Of a stretch of 64,000 nt of DNA, positions 37,700 to 52,119 are shown piece after piece (position 1 is the first letter of the stretch; each line of letters starts with the position of its first letter). The stretch spans positions 9,133,231 through 9,197,230 of the forward strand of contig MU054187.1 of the NCBI GenBank assembly GCA_013239625.1, given 5' to 3'. The stretch comes from Lama guanicoe (taxonomy: Eukaryota). The translations under genes and the position numbers were made by a program. The notes under the pieces are model-generated. The model was not told the DNA's origin. It worked only from the letters and a program-made list of their open reading frames with translations, and searched no databases.

Positions 37700-39830
37700 G
37701 CTTTCCACTGGCTTCTACAGGACACCAATGTCACCAACGTCAGAAGCAACAACACTTCACACAAACTGCCAATACACCCTCCTGGGCTCCAGCTCATGTT
37801 TGTGGGTTCTCGCTTGTATTCACTTTCCCCAAACTTCTGTCAGTCTTCCCTTTCAATGTGCCTGCCCTATAGACTTTGATCTTCAGCATCAGAAGCAGAG
37901 AAAACAGCCTTACGTGTATTTATTAAGCAGTTTCACAATTACATAATGTCTGCTGTAAGAAATTCTCTTTTGTATATATTCACATCTCCTGTGGTTCTGC
38001 CTCTATGATTAAACTTCGGCTGCTACACCAAAGTGAATGTTTCTTCATCAGTCTTTTACTACTTGTGTTGGTAACATCATCTTTCAACTGACGCCCTGAA
38101 CGTTAACCTGTTTCACAACACCCTTACTGGCAGTCTAATCATGTTGAAACAAAACAAAACAAAACTTGTAATGTTGATAAAATTGGTATCTCATTAGGTA
38201 GAAAAGCAGAGAGAGGCCCTGGTATGAATTGAGGGGGATACCAAGTTAAGCTGTAGCTAAACTCTCATCAGATGAACTGAGAGTATATGTGCAAGGCACT
38301 AGAAATGTCTGTTACAGTCTAAAACTTGCACCACTAAGCTTTGCCCTACTGATAACTGACTCTTCGAGATGGACTGGATATAATCTCTAAAGTAAATCAG
38401 ACTTAAAATGGGAAGCTCAGCGAAATGAGCCACAGTCTCCATTTCTACAGCTCTTCCCAAGACCATAACTGATAATCTGCATCTCTCTCCTCCAATATTC
38501 GTTTTATACATTCTTTAATTTTGGCCAGTATTTCAGCCTGTCTGGATTCCTTGCCTCATGGAATGACATAGATCTTCATTTCTTGTGGAGTGAAGCCCTG
38601 ATTGCCTTACTCTCTCAGACCACAGTGACCACATTTGCCTGTTCATTGTTATTCACTGGGAATGAAACTATCTAGAGATGTTCCAATGAGCTCTTTGAGT
38701 TCCAGGTTCTTCCATGGCCCATAACATAGTAGCAGCCTTATCTCTTCATTATAATGAGAGTTAGTTTTCCCTGCCAAAAGAGTAATGTTTTTCTTTGCCT
38801 GTTGGCTAATGAACATGAAGCATCCAAAGTATCCAGGCATTAGTTGCAGTTCTGGGTTCTGGGAAACATTATTATGTGGCTGGTGAAAAGTATTCCCCAG
38901 GGAACCAGGACCCATAATCCAGCAGAGTCCAGAGCTGTAGGGATGGAAAACATAAATTCTGCAAGGAGGTGCATGAGAATAATACTTGCAGAAGCCAGTC
39001 CCTTAGTTCCTGGATGTGTGTAGTGCACTTACGAGGAATGGGCATCATGTATTATGCATTTGTTAAATGCGTGTATCTCATCTTGAAGGGCTCTGCAGCA
39101 ATCCCGTATGATATTGATTCCAAAGCACTTTAACCAAACTTTTCCAAAGATCTATTAGGCTGAAGCTCTGGGGAACAGACTATATGGTAGGATCAATGCA
39201 TCATTCCATGGCCTTATGCCCGCTGTCACATACCGTTTCTCTGTAAAATGACTCCTTTGGTCTGTGGCAGTGTTACGGAGGATCCCTTGTTGATAAAGTA
39301 CATTCTATAAGCCCTTTGGGAATGATGCTGTCGAAAGTTCTGCAAGCAGGAAAGTCATACTTTTACCCAAAGTAAGTGTCAAAGACTCCTGCCCCTTCAG
39401 GATTGAAAGGGTCTGAAATAATCAATTTATTCAAGAGGCTAGTTGGTCTTCTCAAAGGATATTATATTGAGAATACAGCTTTGGTCTCTTGCTTCCTAGC
39501 TCAGGATTCAGCAGTGGCAATAACCAGGTCAGCCATGGTGAGAGAGAACCTGTGAGGCTGAATCTGTGTATAACCTCCCACTCTGCCACCACGGTTACTC
39601 TGTACGTGAGCACATTGTGCAAGCACTGGGCCAAATAAGAAACACAACTCAGTCTATGTAGTTGTTGAGTATTTCCTCTGCAGTGGGCATTTTCTGGTAG
39701 CTATTAAAACAAAACACAAAGATCACACTTTGTGCCCACTCCCACATGCATCTTTCCCAGACCTTCATGTCTCTGATTTTTCATTTTTGCTGCTTTTAAT
39801 TAAGAGCCAAGCCATTCACTACGGCTCATT
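37700..39830 (-). mobile_element. ERVL-class LTR plus degenerate internal (pol) region
   Basis: ERVL-internal-like text (ctgtaaaatgactcctttggtctg...; agcagtggcaataaccaggtcagcc). Confidence 0.6.
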
Positions 39831-41079
39831 TTCTATAATACTGGCTCCAAAATTTTAAAATATCTAATTAAATGTTTACAAAATATAATATGTCAACTGG
39901 TCAAGTCTAACTCATCTCAATACTCATGATATATAAATATGTCTTTATATCATGAAAACAAAAATAATAATTTGTAACTAATAAAATTGGAAAACTATAA
40001 AAATTATTTCAATTTTTTAAAGCTCTAAGACAGTGTCCTTTGTGTGGAACATGAGAGCCATTTAATAAGGTTGACTAGATGGGGAGAACAAGATGAACAA
40101 GATGGTCTGGGTTTGGCTCTGAGCAGCTCTGTTTACTCCCAAATGCCACTGCTGTCTATTGTCCAGAGTCAGCTCCATTTGGCCCTTATCCATGTTCTCT
40201 TCTGAAGTTACACGTGTCAGTGATATTGATATGACAAATACAAAACAACTCTAAATTGTGAAGATGTTTTCTGGTTCTGGACTTAACATTCTTCCTCCCA
40301 GAGTTACACTCTCTTTTCCCCATCAAAGTAAATCTTCCAGAAATTGATCCACACTCTGCAGTTCTATGCAGAATACATCACTCAATGAAAGACAGTAAAG
40401 CTCAAGTAAAATCTGTTTCATTTTCTCTACTCTGGTGCTATTTCCCCAGAATAATCTCCTAGGGAGGCAGTATCTGACTTTATAACATTCCATTGCCAAT
40501 TATCTTAATGATTATACATACCAGCAATTTATCAGGATCCATAACTGACAGCAATTATTCATAATTGTAACTTTTTATAACCACATTTACATTTACATCA
40601 CCTCTCTATCCATTTTGACATGAGAAAAAAAGGACAAATTAGAAAGAACTAGCTTCTGTTTTGATTCTCCCCTTTAAGTACAAGAACAGAAAAAGATATT
40701 TTAAAATCTTGAAAGAATAAGCTTTTTATCTTTTACACTAAGCAGTTATTGAGTATTTGGAGTCTATGATATCAAAATGAAGATCTTTCATTCCATGCTT
40801 CTACTGTAGCATTTCTCACATTGAAGTGCAATTAACTTTTTCCACAATCAACTCTCTCATTGTGAGTTCCTTAAGAAATTTTAGTCATTCAAAATGTCTT
40901 CATAGGATGCTGTATAGATTATGTGTTATAATGGTTACAACTAATGACCATTTTTAAGAGATATCTAGCTGGTGGCAAGTAAGCAAAGAAATTCTAGGTA
41001 AAAGGACAGACTTGAAAACCAGAGTTGACCAATTCTAGTTTCAATATGTCAATGATCTCTTCCCTACAAAAGCACTACA

Positions 41080-41610
41080 TGTTACAGGCATGTCTCAGGT
41101 TGGAACCTCCTAAAAGGAATGATAAGACTTAAAGTGTGTACCAAATCTGATTCCGGACCTGGGTGACAGCGGAGTCCAATGCAAACCTTCTCTGTGAGCT
41201 GTACAGCTGTCCATGAGAAAAGGTCCAACATGGGCTCAGAGCAGTAAGTAAACAACCCTGCTTCACTGAAGGTCACAGCCTGCCTTAAAAATGCTCAGAG
41301 TGGAAGTCTCAGGACTAGACAGAGAGGAACCAACAGTGAGAAGACAGTGAGATCCCTGGCTTGCTCCTTGCTAGAGGGCTATGGATTGGCTGTGTTCTCC
41401 AGCAATCCTCCTCAAATAACACTTTCTCTGGATTCCGGCAACCCCAGCCTAGAGGAGGTAATAGCTCTCTGCAATTGTTAGCACCAGGGTTCTTCCCCAT
41501 TTTTTGATGATTCCCCCAAACCCTGCTCATGCCTCTATAATTAGATCAATTATTAATTCTCTTTACTTAGTTGAGTTGTGTTGTTTCCTGCTGAGATCTA
41601 AGGGATACCC
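41080..41610 (+). mobile_element. LTR33-like ERVL LTR
   Basis: cctagaggaggtaatagctctctgcaattgttagcacc...aaccctgctcatgcctctataa...tgtttcctgctgaga. Confidence 0.65.
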
Positions 41611-41959
41611 ATTTTGCTGTGTCAAGACTCAAAATAGATGCTTCTCCTCACAGGCTATGGAGGAAGGAAAATTCAGATTTATTTACAATTCACTCATGCT
41701 CTGAGGGTGTAGACTTCTGAAGTCCCAGTCTTATGGAGAAGGAACATCAATTAGACTCAACTTGACTAAAACTGGGGCACTGTCTCTTCTTCTCCAAAAG
41801 AAACCAAAAACTGAAGGTTAAGTTCACCAAATTCAGCAAGAGTCAGCACTTCAAATCATCAATCAAGGTTTCTGACTGTGTATAAAATTCAGAGATACAA
41901 ATCATTTACCAAAATATTTTTTTTCTTTTCTTTTTTTTTTAACACCAAAAGATTTTTTA

Positions 41960-43440
41960 ATGCATTGATCTGTTGTCTTCTTGTTTTAACGTTGCTATGG
42001 AAAAGTTTTATGTCATTCTGATTCCCAATTTTTTGTATGTATCTGTTTTTTCCCCTCTCTGGAAGGTTTTAGGATCTTCTTTTTCCCCCCTACAATTCAG
42101 TATAGTGAAGTTGATATGAGTTATTTTCTTATAATCTATTTTACTAGGCATTTAGCCACTAACCTGAAATTACTGTCCTTTAGTTTTGGACAATTTTCTC
42201 AAATTATTTGATAACTCTCCCTCTTTAGTTTTCCTTTTTTCCTCCTGAAACACTTATTAGTCAGATGGCTACCAGTCTTCTAGGACTGACACTCTAATAT
42301 TCCTATGTTTTATGTTTAATCTTTGTCTTCTTGTTTTACTTTTGGTGAGATTTGTTTAATTTTTTCTTCTAATACTTCTATCAAATTGAAACAGTATTTT
42401 GATGATATTTTCATTTTCAAGAGTTCTTTCTTGTTCTCTGTTCCTTTAATGTAACATATTGTTCTTGTTTCAGTATGAAACATCTTCTCTTATCTCTCTG
42501 GGGATATTAATTATAGTTTGTGTTTTATTTTGGTCTCTATCTTTTGTTTTGGAGGCTATGTTCAAAGAACTGGTGATACAACAGAAAGCAGATTAGAAAC
42601 TCTGTGTAAGGATTGGCTTGCAGACTAATAAGCTTCATTGTTGGTCAGTAGTTCTGTATACCCCACCCCCCCGCCGACATACCAGCCCCCAACCCTGGCC
42701 TCTGACTACCCAGGGACATTTGGCAATGTCTGGAGATACTTTTGACTGGGTGAATGATACTACTGGTATCTAGCAGGTAGAAGTCAGGGATGCTGATGAA
42801 CATCCTACAATGCACAAGGACAGCAGCGCCTACCCCTACTGTCCCCTCACCCCCAACATAGAATTATCTGCTCCAAAATGTCAATAGTGCTTAAGTTAAG
42901 AAAACCTGGTGTAGGGGCATGGGCAGCATGCTTTCTCATTGTAGAACCCCTATGTCAATAGCTAAAAGACTTCTCTCCAGTGTGTGTGATCTCCAGGGAA
43001 GAATCTTTCAGTCCCCTACTGGAAGGTATAAACCTGGATGCTAATGTTTAGAATGGGCAGGGCTCTTAAGCTTTAATATGCAGATTTTTGCTAAACATAC
43101 TATTTTCACTTTTGTTCACCTCATCATTCTCTTTGTTAATATCCTCTCTGGTTCAAATTTCTCCAGAGGAATGGTCACCTGGCTGAGAGAGGTAGGAATG
43201 AAGATGTGAGGACCCAATTTTTCCTTTTACAAACTTTCCAACCATCTTCTTCTTATTTACACTTCTTATTAACATCCTTATCTTTCAGGGTGCTGGTGTC
43301 TCTACTTTCTGAGCCATACTGGACTCCTGTAAGTCTAACTGGCTTGCTTCTGGTTGGTATCACCTCTGAAGGTACTTAGATTTGACCTCCCTGTGTTCTG
43401 CTAAGTCATTTATCATTCCTCCATCTGCTTTCCCTCCTAG
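41960..43440 (-). mobile_element. Ancient L1ME-like fragment
   Basis: Antisense L1 ORF1-type T-rich text, interrupted by MER20. Confidence 0.5.
42640..42910. mobile_element. MER20 hAT element
   Basis: ccagggacatttggcaatgtctggaga...catcctacaatgcaca...ccaaaatgtcaatagtgc. Confidence 0.85.
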
Positions 43441-43999
43441 TGCAATGTGGTCTGGGGATACAGATGTTTCCTAAATTCAAAGATGAAATTTAAGTTTCTG
43501 TTTCTCGTTCTTCATGTGAGAAGAGGGCATTGGAAATATCTTTAAAGAGGAAGTAATCAGGACTTTTATCCCAAATTGCACAAAACTCTAATTCTCTCCA
43601 TCTTTAGTTACTTCAAGTTCACAGTTTAAGCATAGTGTGTGTTCCTCTACAATATGCTGATAGAAGCTCTTTGAGCCTTTCTCTTCTGAGCCCTCGTGCC
43701 TCCATCACAGCTGTCCTATTGCTATTCTTTTTTATGTGAAGAGGACAAAAGTAATACATAAATGCTTTAGAGGCCTAGAGGAGAAATGAATACTTCGGTA
43801 GAATGGAGGAGGATTCAAGAGAGGTGAGTCTTCAGTTGAAATTTAGAGGTTGATGGGCATTTGGCTGTCAAAGAAGGGAAATAGAGCAGAGGGTGCAAGG
43901 TGGAGAGAATTCTAGACAGAGCAAACTGTAAGTTAAAAAGGGTGTGGCAATGCGAAAGAACTGTTAGGGAGAATAACAGTGGCTATTATCGGGGCTTAA

Positions 44000-44200
44000 A
44001 CTCATCTAATCCTCACTCACATTAATCCTGTGAGGAAGATACAGTGATTATTTTTCATATTCCTCATTACACATATGAAGAAACTGAGGCATAGAGAGGG
44101 TTAGCAACTTGCCCAAGGTCCCTCAGCTGGGAAGTGACAGAGTGGGGATTGAGACCCAAGCAGTGCAGCCCCACAGAGTATGATCTTTAAGACCGCCCTA
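44000..44200. mobile_element. MIR
   Basis: gaagaaactgaggcatagagagggttagcaacttgcccaaggtc. Confidence 0.8.
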
Positions 44201-45139
44201 GACTGTGCCTTAGTGAGAAATGTTACTACTGAGATTGATTAGTGCTGGGAGATAGGACTGGTGAGAAAGTTGGAAACCAGTTCATTAAGGGGTTTTGTAT
44301 TAGAGGCTGAGGGGTTTAGAATTAATCATACTTCTAGAACTCACCAGCCCGTGGACTCTAAATAAGGCCAAACTAAGGGTTTATTTCTACGTCCTCTTGA
44401 TTAATAGTTCCTACCTGCCAAATGAAAAGTTCTCAATGCCTCTTTTTTCTGTGATATCTCTTAAGTCCTAGGGCTGAGAGTTGCCTCCAGAGCAGCAGGG
44501 TTGGCCTAAACCATTTTTTAAAAATCTGCTGCCCCAACTATCCACCCATCCTGAACTGGTATGGCCTCTACCAGTCAGCCGCACTATTGATGCTCTCTGG
44601 GCAATTGATTGATCTTTCTGCAGTTGGGTTCCTGACCACGCATAATTCTGCTGATTGTCTCTGAAAGGATCAAAAGTCTGAGCAAACATCTAGAGAGACA
44701 TTTACAGAAGAAGCATTTATATGCTGATAAAATTTTCCTTGGAATGTGGGGCAGTTTCTCACTTTGTCACCAGAGACTAACATGCATTAGGATCATTAAC
44801 TAATTAATGGTCATGGATCTATTTATATAAGTATGTTATAGTTATAATGAATTATGATGTTAAAATCTCCTTTCATGAAAGTGCAATATAGTCTTACATT
44901 GGTAGAAGCTTTTGAGCCTATATGCTATTGATCACTTGATAAAAAATCAACAAACATGATTAAGCACCTTCTAAATGCTATGGGAGATACAAAGAAGTGT
45001 CAAGTATAGTCCAAGACTTCAAGCAATATATGATCTAACCATGTGTCATTTGGAATGGTTTTATATACATTTTTGTTTGTTTCTTATGCTTTCCACATCT
45101 TCATTCCTTATGGCTTCATTCGTTCCTGTGATTTGAATT

Positions 45140-47120
45140 ACCACCTGGTGTCATTTCCTTACTCCAGTACAGCTTTGCACCCACCCACTTTCTTTTTTCT
45201 GTCATTATCAAATATATTACATTTCTATATGTTATGGCTCCAGCAATCTAATTATATATAAAATATAATTAAATATATAAACTATGTAAAATCATATCAT
45301 TATATATACTTTATACAATCACTTTAAAACTCAGTTAAGAGAGGAAATGAGATGAAATATGTATTTATAGTCCACTGTATAATCACATACATACCTTTAC
45401 TGTTGCTCTTTGTTTTTCATGTGGATTTAAATTACTATCTGGGGTCATTTGCTTTCATCTTGAAGAATTCCTTCAGTATTTCTTGTTAGGTGAGACTTCT
45501 AACAACAAATTCTCTCAATTTTTGTTTATTGGCAAATGCTTTTATTTTGCCATCTATTTTAAAAAAATAGTTTTGCTGGATATAACATTCACTCTTAGTT
45601 TTTTCTTTCAGTACTTTGAATATATCATCCCACTGCCTCCTGGCTTCCATTGTTTCTGCTCAGAAGTCAGTTGTTTATCTTATTGGGGTTCCCTTTCACA
45701 TGATGAGTCTTTTTCTTTTGTTGCTTACAAAATTTTTTTTTCCTCTTTGTCTTTCAGCATTTTTACTAATGATATTTCCAAATGTAGCTCTCTCTGTGTT
45801 CATTTTACTTGGAGGTCTCTGAACTTCCTGGATGTATAGAATAATGTTTTCATGAACTTTAGGCTAAAGTTTTCAGATATTATTTCTTTGAATATATTTT
45901 CTGTTCCTTTTTTCTCCTCTTCTTCTTATACTCCCATTACATACATGTTGGTTTCCTTAAATGTGTCCCACATTCCTCTGGGGCTTTGCTTGTTTTGCTT
46001 CATTTTCTTTTTTCTTTTTTTCCTTTTCTCTTTGCATTGTACAATTTCTGTTGATCTATCTTCAAATCTGCTGATTCTCACCTCTGCCATTTTAAATACA
46101 CATTTGACCCTCTCTAGTAAATTTTTCACTTCAATTGTTTTTTCAACTCCAGAATTTTGATTTGGCTCTTTTTAATAATTTCTATCTCTTTGATGAGACA
46201 ATGTCATCCTATCACCCTTTACTTTTTAAGCAAGGCTTCTTTAGTTCTTTGAATATATTTATAATGGATACTTTAAAGTCTTTACTTATTAAATCCAACA
46301 TCTGGGTACTTTCATAGACTTTGCTAATTGCTGACTAACTGCTTTACTTTTTTCAGCAATGTCTTAGGGTGTAAATTGCTCTATAGTCTGACTCAATTAC
46401 ATTCAAGAGCCTTTGCAAGGATAGTCATTGAAATCAGTCTTTGAGTTTGGTTTGTTTTTCTAAAATCTAGGAATTCATAGCTGTTGTTTTCTCTGGTTTT
46501 CTGATAAACTAGATGGCCATGGTTTAAGTTCTGGCTCTCATGGAACTACGAGATTTTGCTTAATTCCTCACCACCAAATTATGTTTCAAGAGTCTCCTTA
46601 GACTTGAATTTTCCCGATCTCTGTTTCCAATAAAGTCGGTTATTCTGGACAGTACTTCAGAGCTCTCTTTTCTTCTGTACTGCCTGCCTCCTGGACAAAA
46701 TCTCTGAGCCACTGCTCCAGAGCTAGGGGCAGAGACAGGAGCCCACTTTTATCAGCGTGATACCCCAAATTTATGAGTAGGGCATGGAGGGAAGGAGGGT
46801 GAGACTAACTGGAGTCCCAATTTTCTCAGCCTTCCATGCCTGGGGTAGAGTTTCCACCGTATGTGTCAGGGCTAGATGGAGGAAGGGAGCCTCCACTCTC
46901 TTAGCCACACTCACTCACTGACTTAGCCTCAGCAACTTGGAGCTAGGAGAATGAGAAATGTTGGTTGGTCTGCCTTTCCTGGGGAGATAGCCAATCCCTT
47001 GGCTAGGTGCTGAGGGTAGGGGCAGCCCCATCTTCTTGGCCATACCAACCTGGATTGGAACTTTCATCATGCTGAACTGAGAGTGGGTAGGTGGGTGGGA
47101 GGGAAAAAATTATGGTTCAG
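45140..47120 (-). mobile_element. L1M 5' region (ORF1 and 5' UTR), degenerate
   Basis: Minus ORF ...AEVRISRFEDRSTEIVQ...QSPRGMWDTFKETNMYVMGV is L1 ORF1-like. Confidence 0.8.
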
Positions 47121-50100
47121 GAAAGGTTTTCCTTCCATCCTTAGAGTGCAGCATCTGGCTGCATAGCAAGATCTTTCTAGATCTCTAAACATTATGTCTT
47201 GGAAGAATAGAAGATGAAAGATAAGGGCTGAAGGAGCCTATAAGCCAAGTTTACCTCTTTAAAAAAAACTTTCCTCATTTACAGTGTGTATAAATATCAA
47301 AACATTATGTTGTACATTTGAAACTAATACAATGTTAAATGTCAATTATACTTCAGTTAAGCAATGACAACAAAAAACCTTCCTCCAGAATATCTTCCTT
47401 GTAAATTTCATTTTCTTTTTACTGACCAGAACTGTTTCCATGACCACTGTCATCTTCAAAGGAGTGTGAAACAAATTTCTTAGCTCTGAAGCCTCTCTAG
47501 TTGAAAAAGACAAGGGGGAAGGCTAAGAATGACTTTTGGGCCATCAATCCATTATGTGCCACACCCCAAGGTCCTATAACTAATAAATGGTGCAGGTCAA
47601 CTCTCTTAGCCTCTCTCATCATTGGCCTGCAGGAGTTCAGAGATTCTATTTAGAGTATACAAATGATTAGGGTAACATTTTGCCATTTTATGACTTTCAG
47701 ATTTGTAGCCACAGAGCCAGACAGAGGATTGAGAAAATTCATGATCCACATGATGACGTTAAGAGGGCAGGAGAGCTGTTGCCTGAGAAAGAGCTAAAAG
47801 GAAGGCAGACTCAATCATGCAATAAAGGGATTCAGCTTGGGTTAACAAGGGGAGGGTGGAGGGTGGTTTGTAGCATTCCAGCTACCAAAATCAAGGTATA
47901 ATAAAACAATGATAAAAATTAAAATTAAAAATAATTTTAAAAATAATAAAGCTGAGGAAAAGAAAGGCAAAACAAACCCAGGTAACAAGTGTTGGAATCC
48001 TCTAGTGTCATATATGTTTCCTTTGCAAGCATATATCCTCAGGACTGGAATCTCTCCCTGATAAGCAGCCATCTCGGGGGTTAACAGTCAGCACAGTCAC
48101 CTCGACTTGCCTGAGATGTTACAACTTCACTTCTGTCCAGCTAAGTGTCCCTCCAACCATACGGATTTTTAAATTAAATTTAGATATGACGAAATCAACC
48201 AACCCACAAATAATACTTGTGTATAAAGTACAGTAATAAGTAATCATGGGGGTAATCTATTATATTTGTTATTTAAAGTGTAATCCTTAATGTATCTGAC
48301 ATACCACCCATGTGCTTTAAGCTTTGCCTGCATTACAAACTTATAATTTTAAACTTATAATTTTACATTGATAGGCATAAGAATTTGGTTAGTTTTATGA
48401 CTAGCTCTAAAATTTTTAGGATAACTTGAAGTTCACTACATACATGCATTAAATTAACCTATGGTATTATTTTGCTTATAAAGGTTATTTAGTGTACCTT
48501 GTCAAGCATTTGAAGTCCTAAAAGAGAATAGTAAATACTGTGAAATTTGCAAATGTAGTTGAAATATTTAAGGAAGTGACAAAATAACTTGAGGAATTAA
48601 CTAAGTCTATAAATAGGAATGATTATTAAAAACAATTTAGCTTGTTTAGCTTGAGTTAGTCAAATATTAAGAAAACAATAAGTAAAAATGATTCATATTT
48701 TATTAGAATTATAAATAGAAGAACATGAGTTATAAATTACACTTAAAATGTAAGGAAATTAGGTTAAAATTTATAATGTTCATGAGCAAATATTAATTTA
48801 AAACTGAAGTAACTGTAAATAGTTCTTTCTCTGCACAAAGACCCCTATTGGACTTTAAAAGCTACATGTTGACACATTTTCATTCTGGATGAATAGAGGC
48901 TTTATGTAGCAATTCAGTGTTTACACAGCCCATAGCACTTGTCTAGACAAGGACAATAAGCTGGTTAATGCCAAATATGAAGGGAGTAGTAGGTTCCAAG
49001 AACTCGTGGTGCACTCTGGCTACTGGAAGGGATCTTTCTCTGAGATTCCAGCCATTTTATTCCTTGCATAACATTTTACTTAAAACCACTTTTTCTAACT
49101 ATAAAGAGAAGTCTAGCCTTGGATTGAGGCAAACCAAGGATGTTCCACTCAGAAGGTTTAGCTGGTCTGACAATGGAGCTGAATTTATATTGCTCAGAGG
49201 ATTCCTGGACACATGACTTTGGACCTGTGTTCTTTTGGTGAGAGGCTTCAAGACCCTCCAAAAAATGGAGAGTTTTATATTTTCTGTAAAACAAATGATT
49301 TTCGGCTGTATTGACATCCTTCCTTGTCCCATAAAACTTCAGCTTATTCATCTTGGTTGTATCAAAACTGCTGGATTGAGAACTCATCTAATGAAGTACC
49401 GTTCAGTTCACTGCCTTCTATGAAGTATTTTCCTTTTCATGTGTCTAGTAGAATAATGTCCTGTTTTGACAGGAGGAAGGATGAGTTTACTTGTTTGTTC
49501 TTCTTGGTATCTCCCTTATGTGGGGCTGCAGGAGAAGACATTCACTAGCGGGTGTTTGTGAGTTTGAGGTTTTTGGTGGGCGTGTCCCTTGTAGTAGGCA
49601 GCAGTGTCTCTGTCTTTAATAATGAGTCACCTATTCCTCAATGACGATCTACTTCCCAAGTAGTCAAGAGCCCTCTAATGCACTCCTTCCTAAAATCTCT
49701 ATTATTTCAGCAGAGCTTCCCTTGTCAACTGGCTTTATTTTAATTCAAAAATTGTCCCTGACACTTTCAAGAGTAACCTCAGTTCCAAAGCCCTACTGTA
49801 CTAGAGGGACAGAATCCACAACAAAATGGCTTCCCTGATAGCCAGGCAGACCTACGGGAATGTATCACTCAGCCCTTTGGCGTCCAGAGCCAATTTCTTA
49901 CCACACAGGGTCCTCAGAGCGGCAGGGATTTGGGACTGGTTTCCAGCCACATCCTTGGGCCCAGACCTCAGTCCCATGGCCTGTGCCTCCCAACGTGCCT
50001 CCCATGTGGCTGCGCATATTGCCTATTCTGGGCCCCGTGCCTGCGTCCTCTCTCCGCTCTATTAACATCCTTGCCTCCTGGGTCTGGCATGAAGCCTGGG

Positions 50101-50198
50101 ATGTCTCCCCTTTCTCTAGCTAGGGTGCCAGAGTATGGAGGAGAGTGTGGCTCACATATGCTATAAACCACCTGGAGAATCTTACATGCACATTCTGA

Positions 50199-50404
50199 CC
50201 TTCCTTCTTTCCTTCCTTCCCTTTTACTCTTCTCCTTTTGTTCTTTTCCTTTCTTCCTTTTCTTCTCTCTTTCTTTTTCCTTTTCTCCTTTCCTTTCTTC
50301 CTCCTTTCCTCCCTCTGTCCCTTTTTTCTTACTTTTTCTCTCTTCCTTTCTTTCTACTTTCTTTTTTCCTTCCTAACTTTCCTTCCCACCTTTCCTTCCC
50401 TCTT
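50199..50404. repeat. ~200-bp polypyrimidine (CT-rich) low-complexity tract
   Basis: Seen directly. Confidence 0.9.
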
Positions 50405-50707
50405 GTTACTAAGAAACCTGTGCCTAATCAAGGTTGTGTGGTTTATATCTCTTCTATAAACTTGGGTTACACTTCAAAAGATCTCTCTCTACACCCACAC
50501 CAGGATTCAGGGAAAAAGATGTGTGGTGGCAGTGCTGTGCTTAAAAATCATTTTGTCATTCAAATGTCAGCCTTTCAAACTGTCCTTCAATTCAAAACAT
50601 CAACCTAGATTCATTGTAGATACTTGTTTATAGTGTATCCAATAAAACTCTGAAGATAATTTTCTGTATATCACTTGTCTTTACTTCCTTTTGAAGAATA
50701 GAGCTCA

Positions 50708-52119
50708 GCAAGACAACAGAAATAAAAGACAGACTGGGAGTTCAAAATTGCAGATACTGACAGGTGCATATAAAATTGATAAACAAGTTTATACTGTATA
50801 GCACAGGGAAATATACATAAGATCTTGTGGTAGCTCACAGAGAAAAAGAATGTGAAAATGAATACATGTATATTCATGTATGACTGAAAAATTGTGCTCA
50901 ACACCAGAAATTGACACAACATTGTAAACTGTCTATAACTCAATAAAAAAAAAAGAAAGAAAGAAAAGCAAAAATAAACAAATGGGACCTAATCAAACTT
51001 ACAAGCTTTTGGAGAGCAAAGGAAACCATAAACAAAACCAAAAGACAACCTACAGGATGGGAGAAAATGTTTGCTCATATGAAGCAACCAACAAGGGATT
51101 AATTTCCAAGATATACAAACAGTTCATATAGCTTAATATCAAAAGAATAAACAACTCATTCAAAAAATGGGCAGAAGACCTAAACAGACATTTCTCCAAA
51201 GAAGACATACAGATGGCCAACAGGCACATGAAAAGATGCTTAATATCACTAATTATTAGAGAAATGCAAATAAAAACTACAAGGAAGAACCATCTCACAC
51301 AGTCAGAATGGCCATCATTAAAAAGTCTACAAGTAACAAATAGTGGAAAGAGTGTAGAGAAAAGAAAACCCTCCTACACTGTTGGTGGGAATGTAAATTG
51401 GTGCAACCACTATGGAGAACAGTATGGAGGATCCTTTAAAAAGTGAAAAATAAGAGTCACCATATGATCCAGCAGTATGATCCAGCAATCCCACTCCTGG
51501 GCATATATCTGGAGAAAATTCTAATTGGAAAAGATACATGCACCCCAGTGTTCATAGCAGCACTATTTACCACAGCCAAGACATGGAAGCAACCTAAATG
51601 TCCATGGGCAGATGACTGGATAAAGAAGACGTGGTATATACATATATACAGCAGAATACTACTCAACCATAAAAAGAATGAAATAATGCCATTTGCAGCA
51701 ACATGGATGGACCTAGAGATTATCATACTAAGACAGTAAGTCAGACAGAGAAAGACAAATACCATATGATATCACTTATCTATGGAATGTAAAATTGGAT
51801 ACAAATGAACTTATTTACAAAACAGAGACAGACTCACAGACATGGAAAACAAACTTATGGTTAACAAATGGGAAAGGGGGTGGGGGAGGGGTAAATTAGA
51901 AGTTTGGGCTTAGTAGTTACAAATTACTATATATGAAATAGATGAACAACAAGGACTTACTGTATACCACAGGGAACTATATTCAATATCCTGTAATAAG
52001 CCATAATGGAAAGAATAGGAAAGAGAAAATATATATGTATAACTGAATTACTTTGCTACACACCGTACACCAACACAACATTGTAAATCAACTATACTTC
52101 AATAAAATTTTTTTTAAAA
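50708..52119 (+). mobile_element. 5'-truncated L1 (ORF2 C-terminus and 3' UTR)
   Basis: [34 protein letters not shown]...KTWKQPKCP; cetartiodactyl-type 3' UTR. Confidence 0.92.
50729..50957 (+). mobile_element. Younger L1 3' UTR fragment nested in an older L1
   Basis: Distinct 3' UTR variant with AATAAA and poly(A); TSD agaaataaaag (50718-50728) / agaaagaaaag (50958-50968). Confidence 0.75.

Noticed and set aside
50135..50608. 157-aa Phe/Leu/Ser-rich membrane-like ORF
   Set aside because: Artefact of the CT-rich low-complexity tract.
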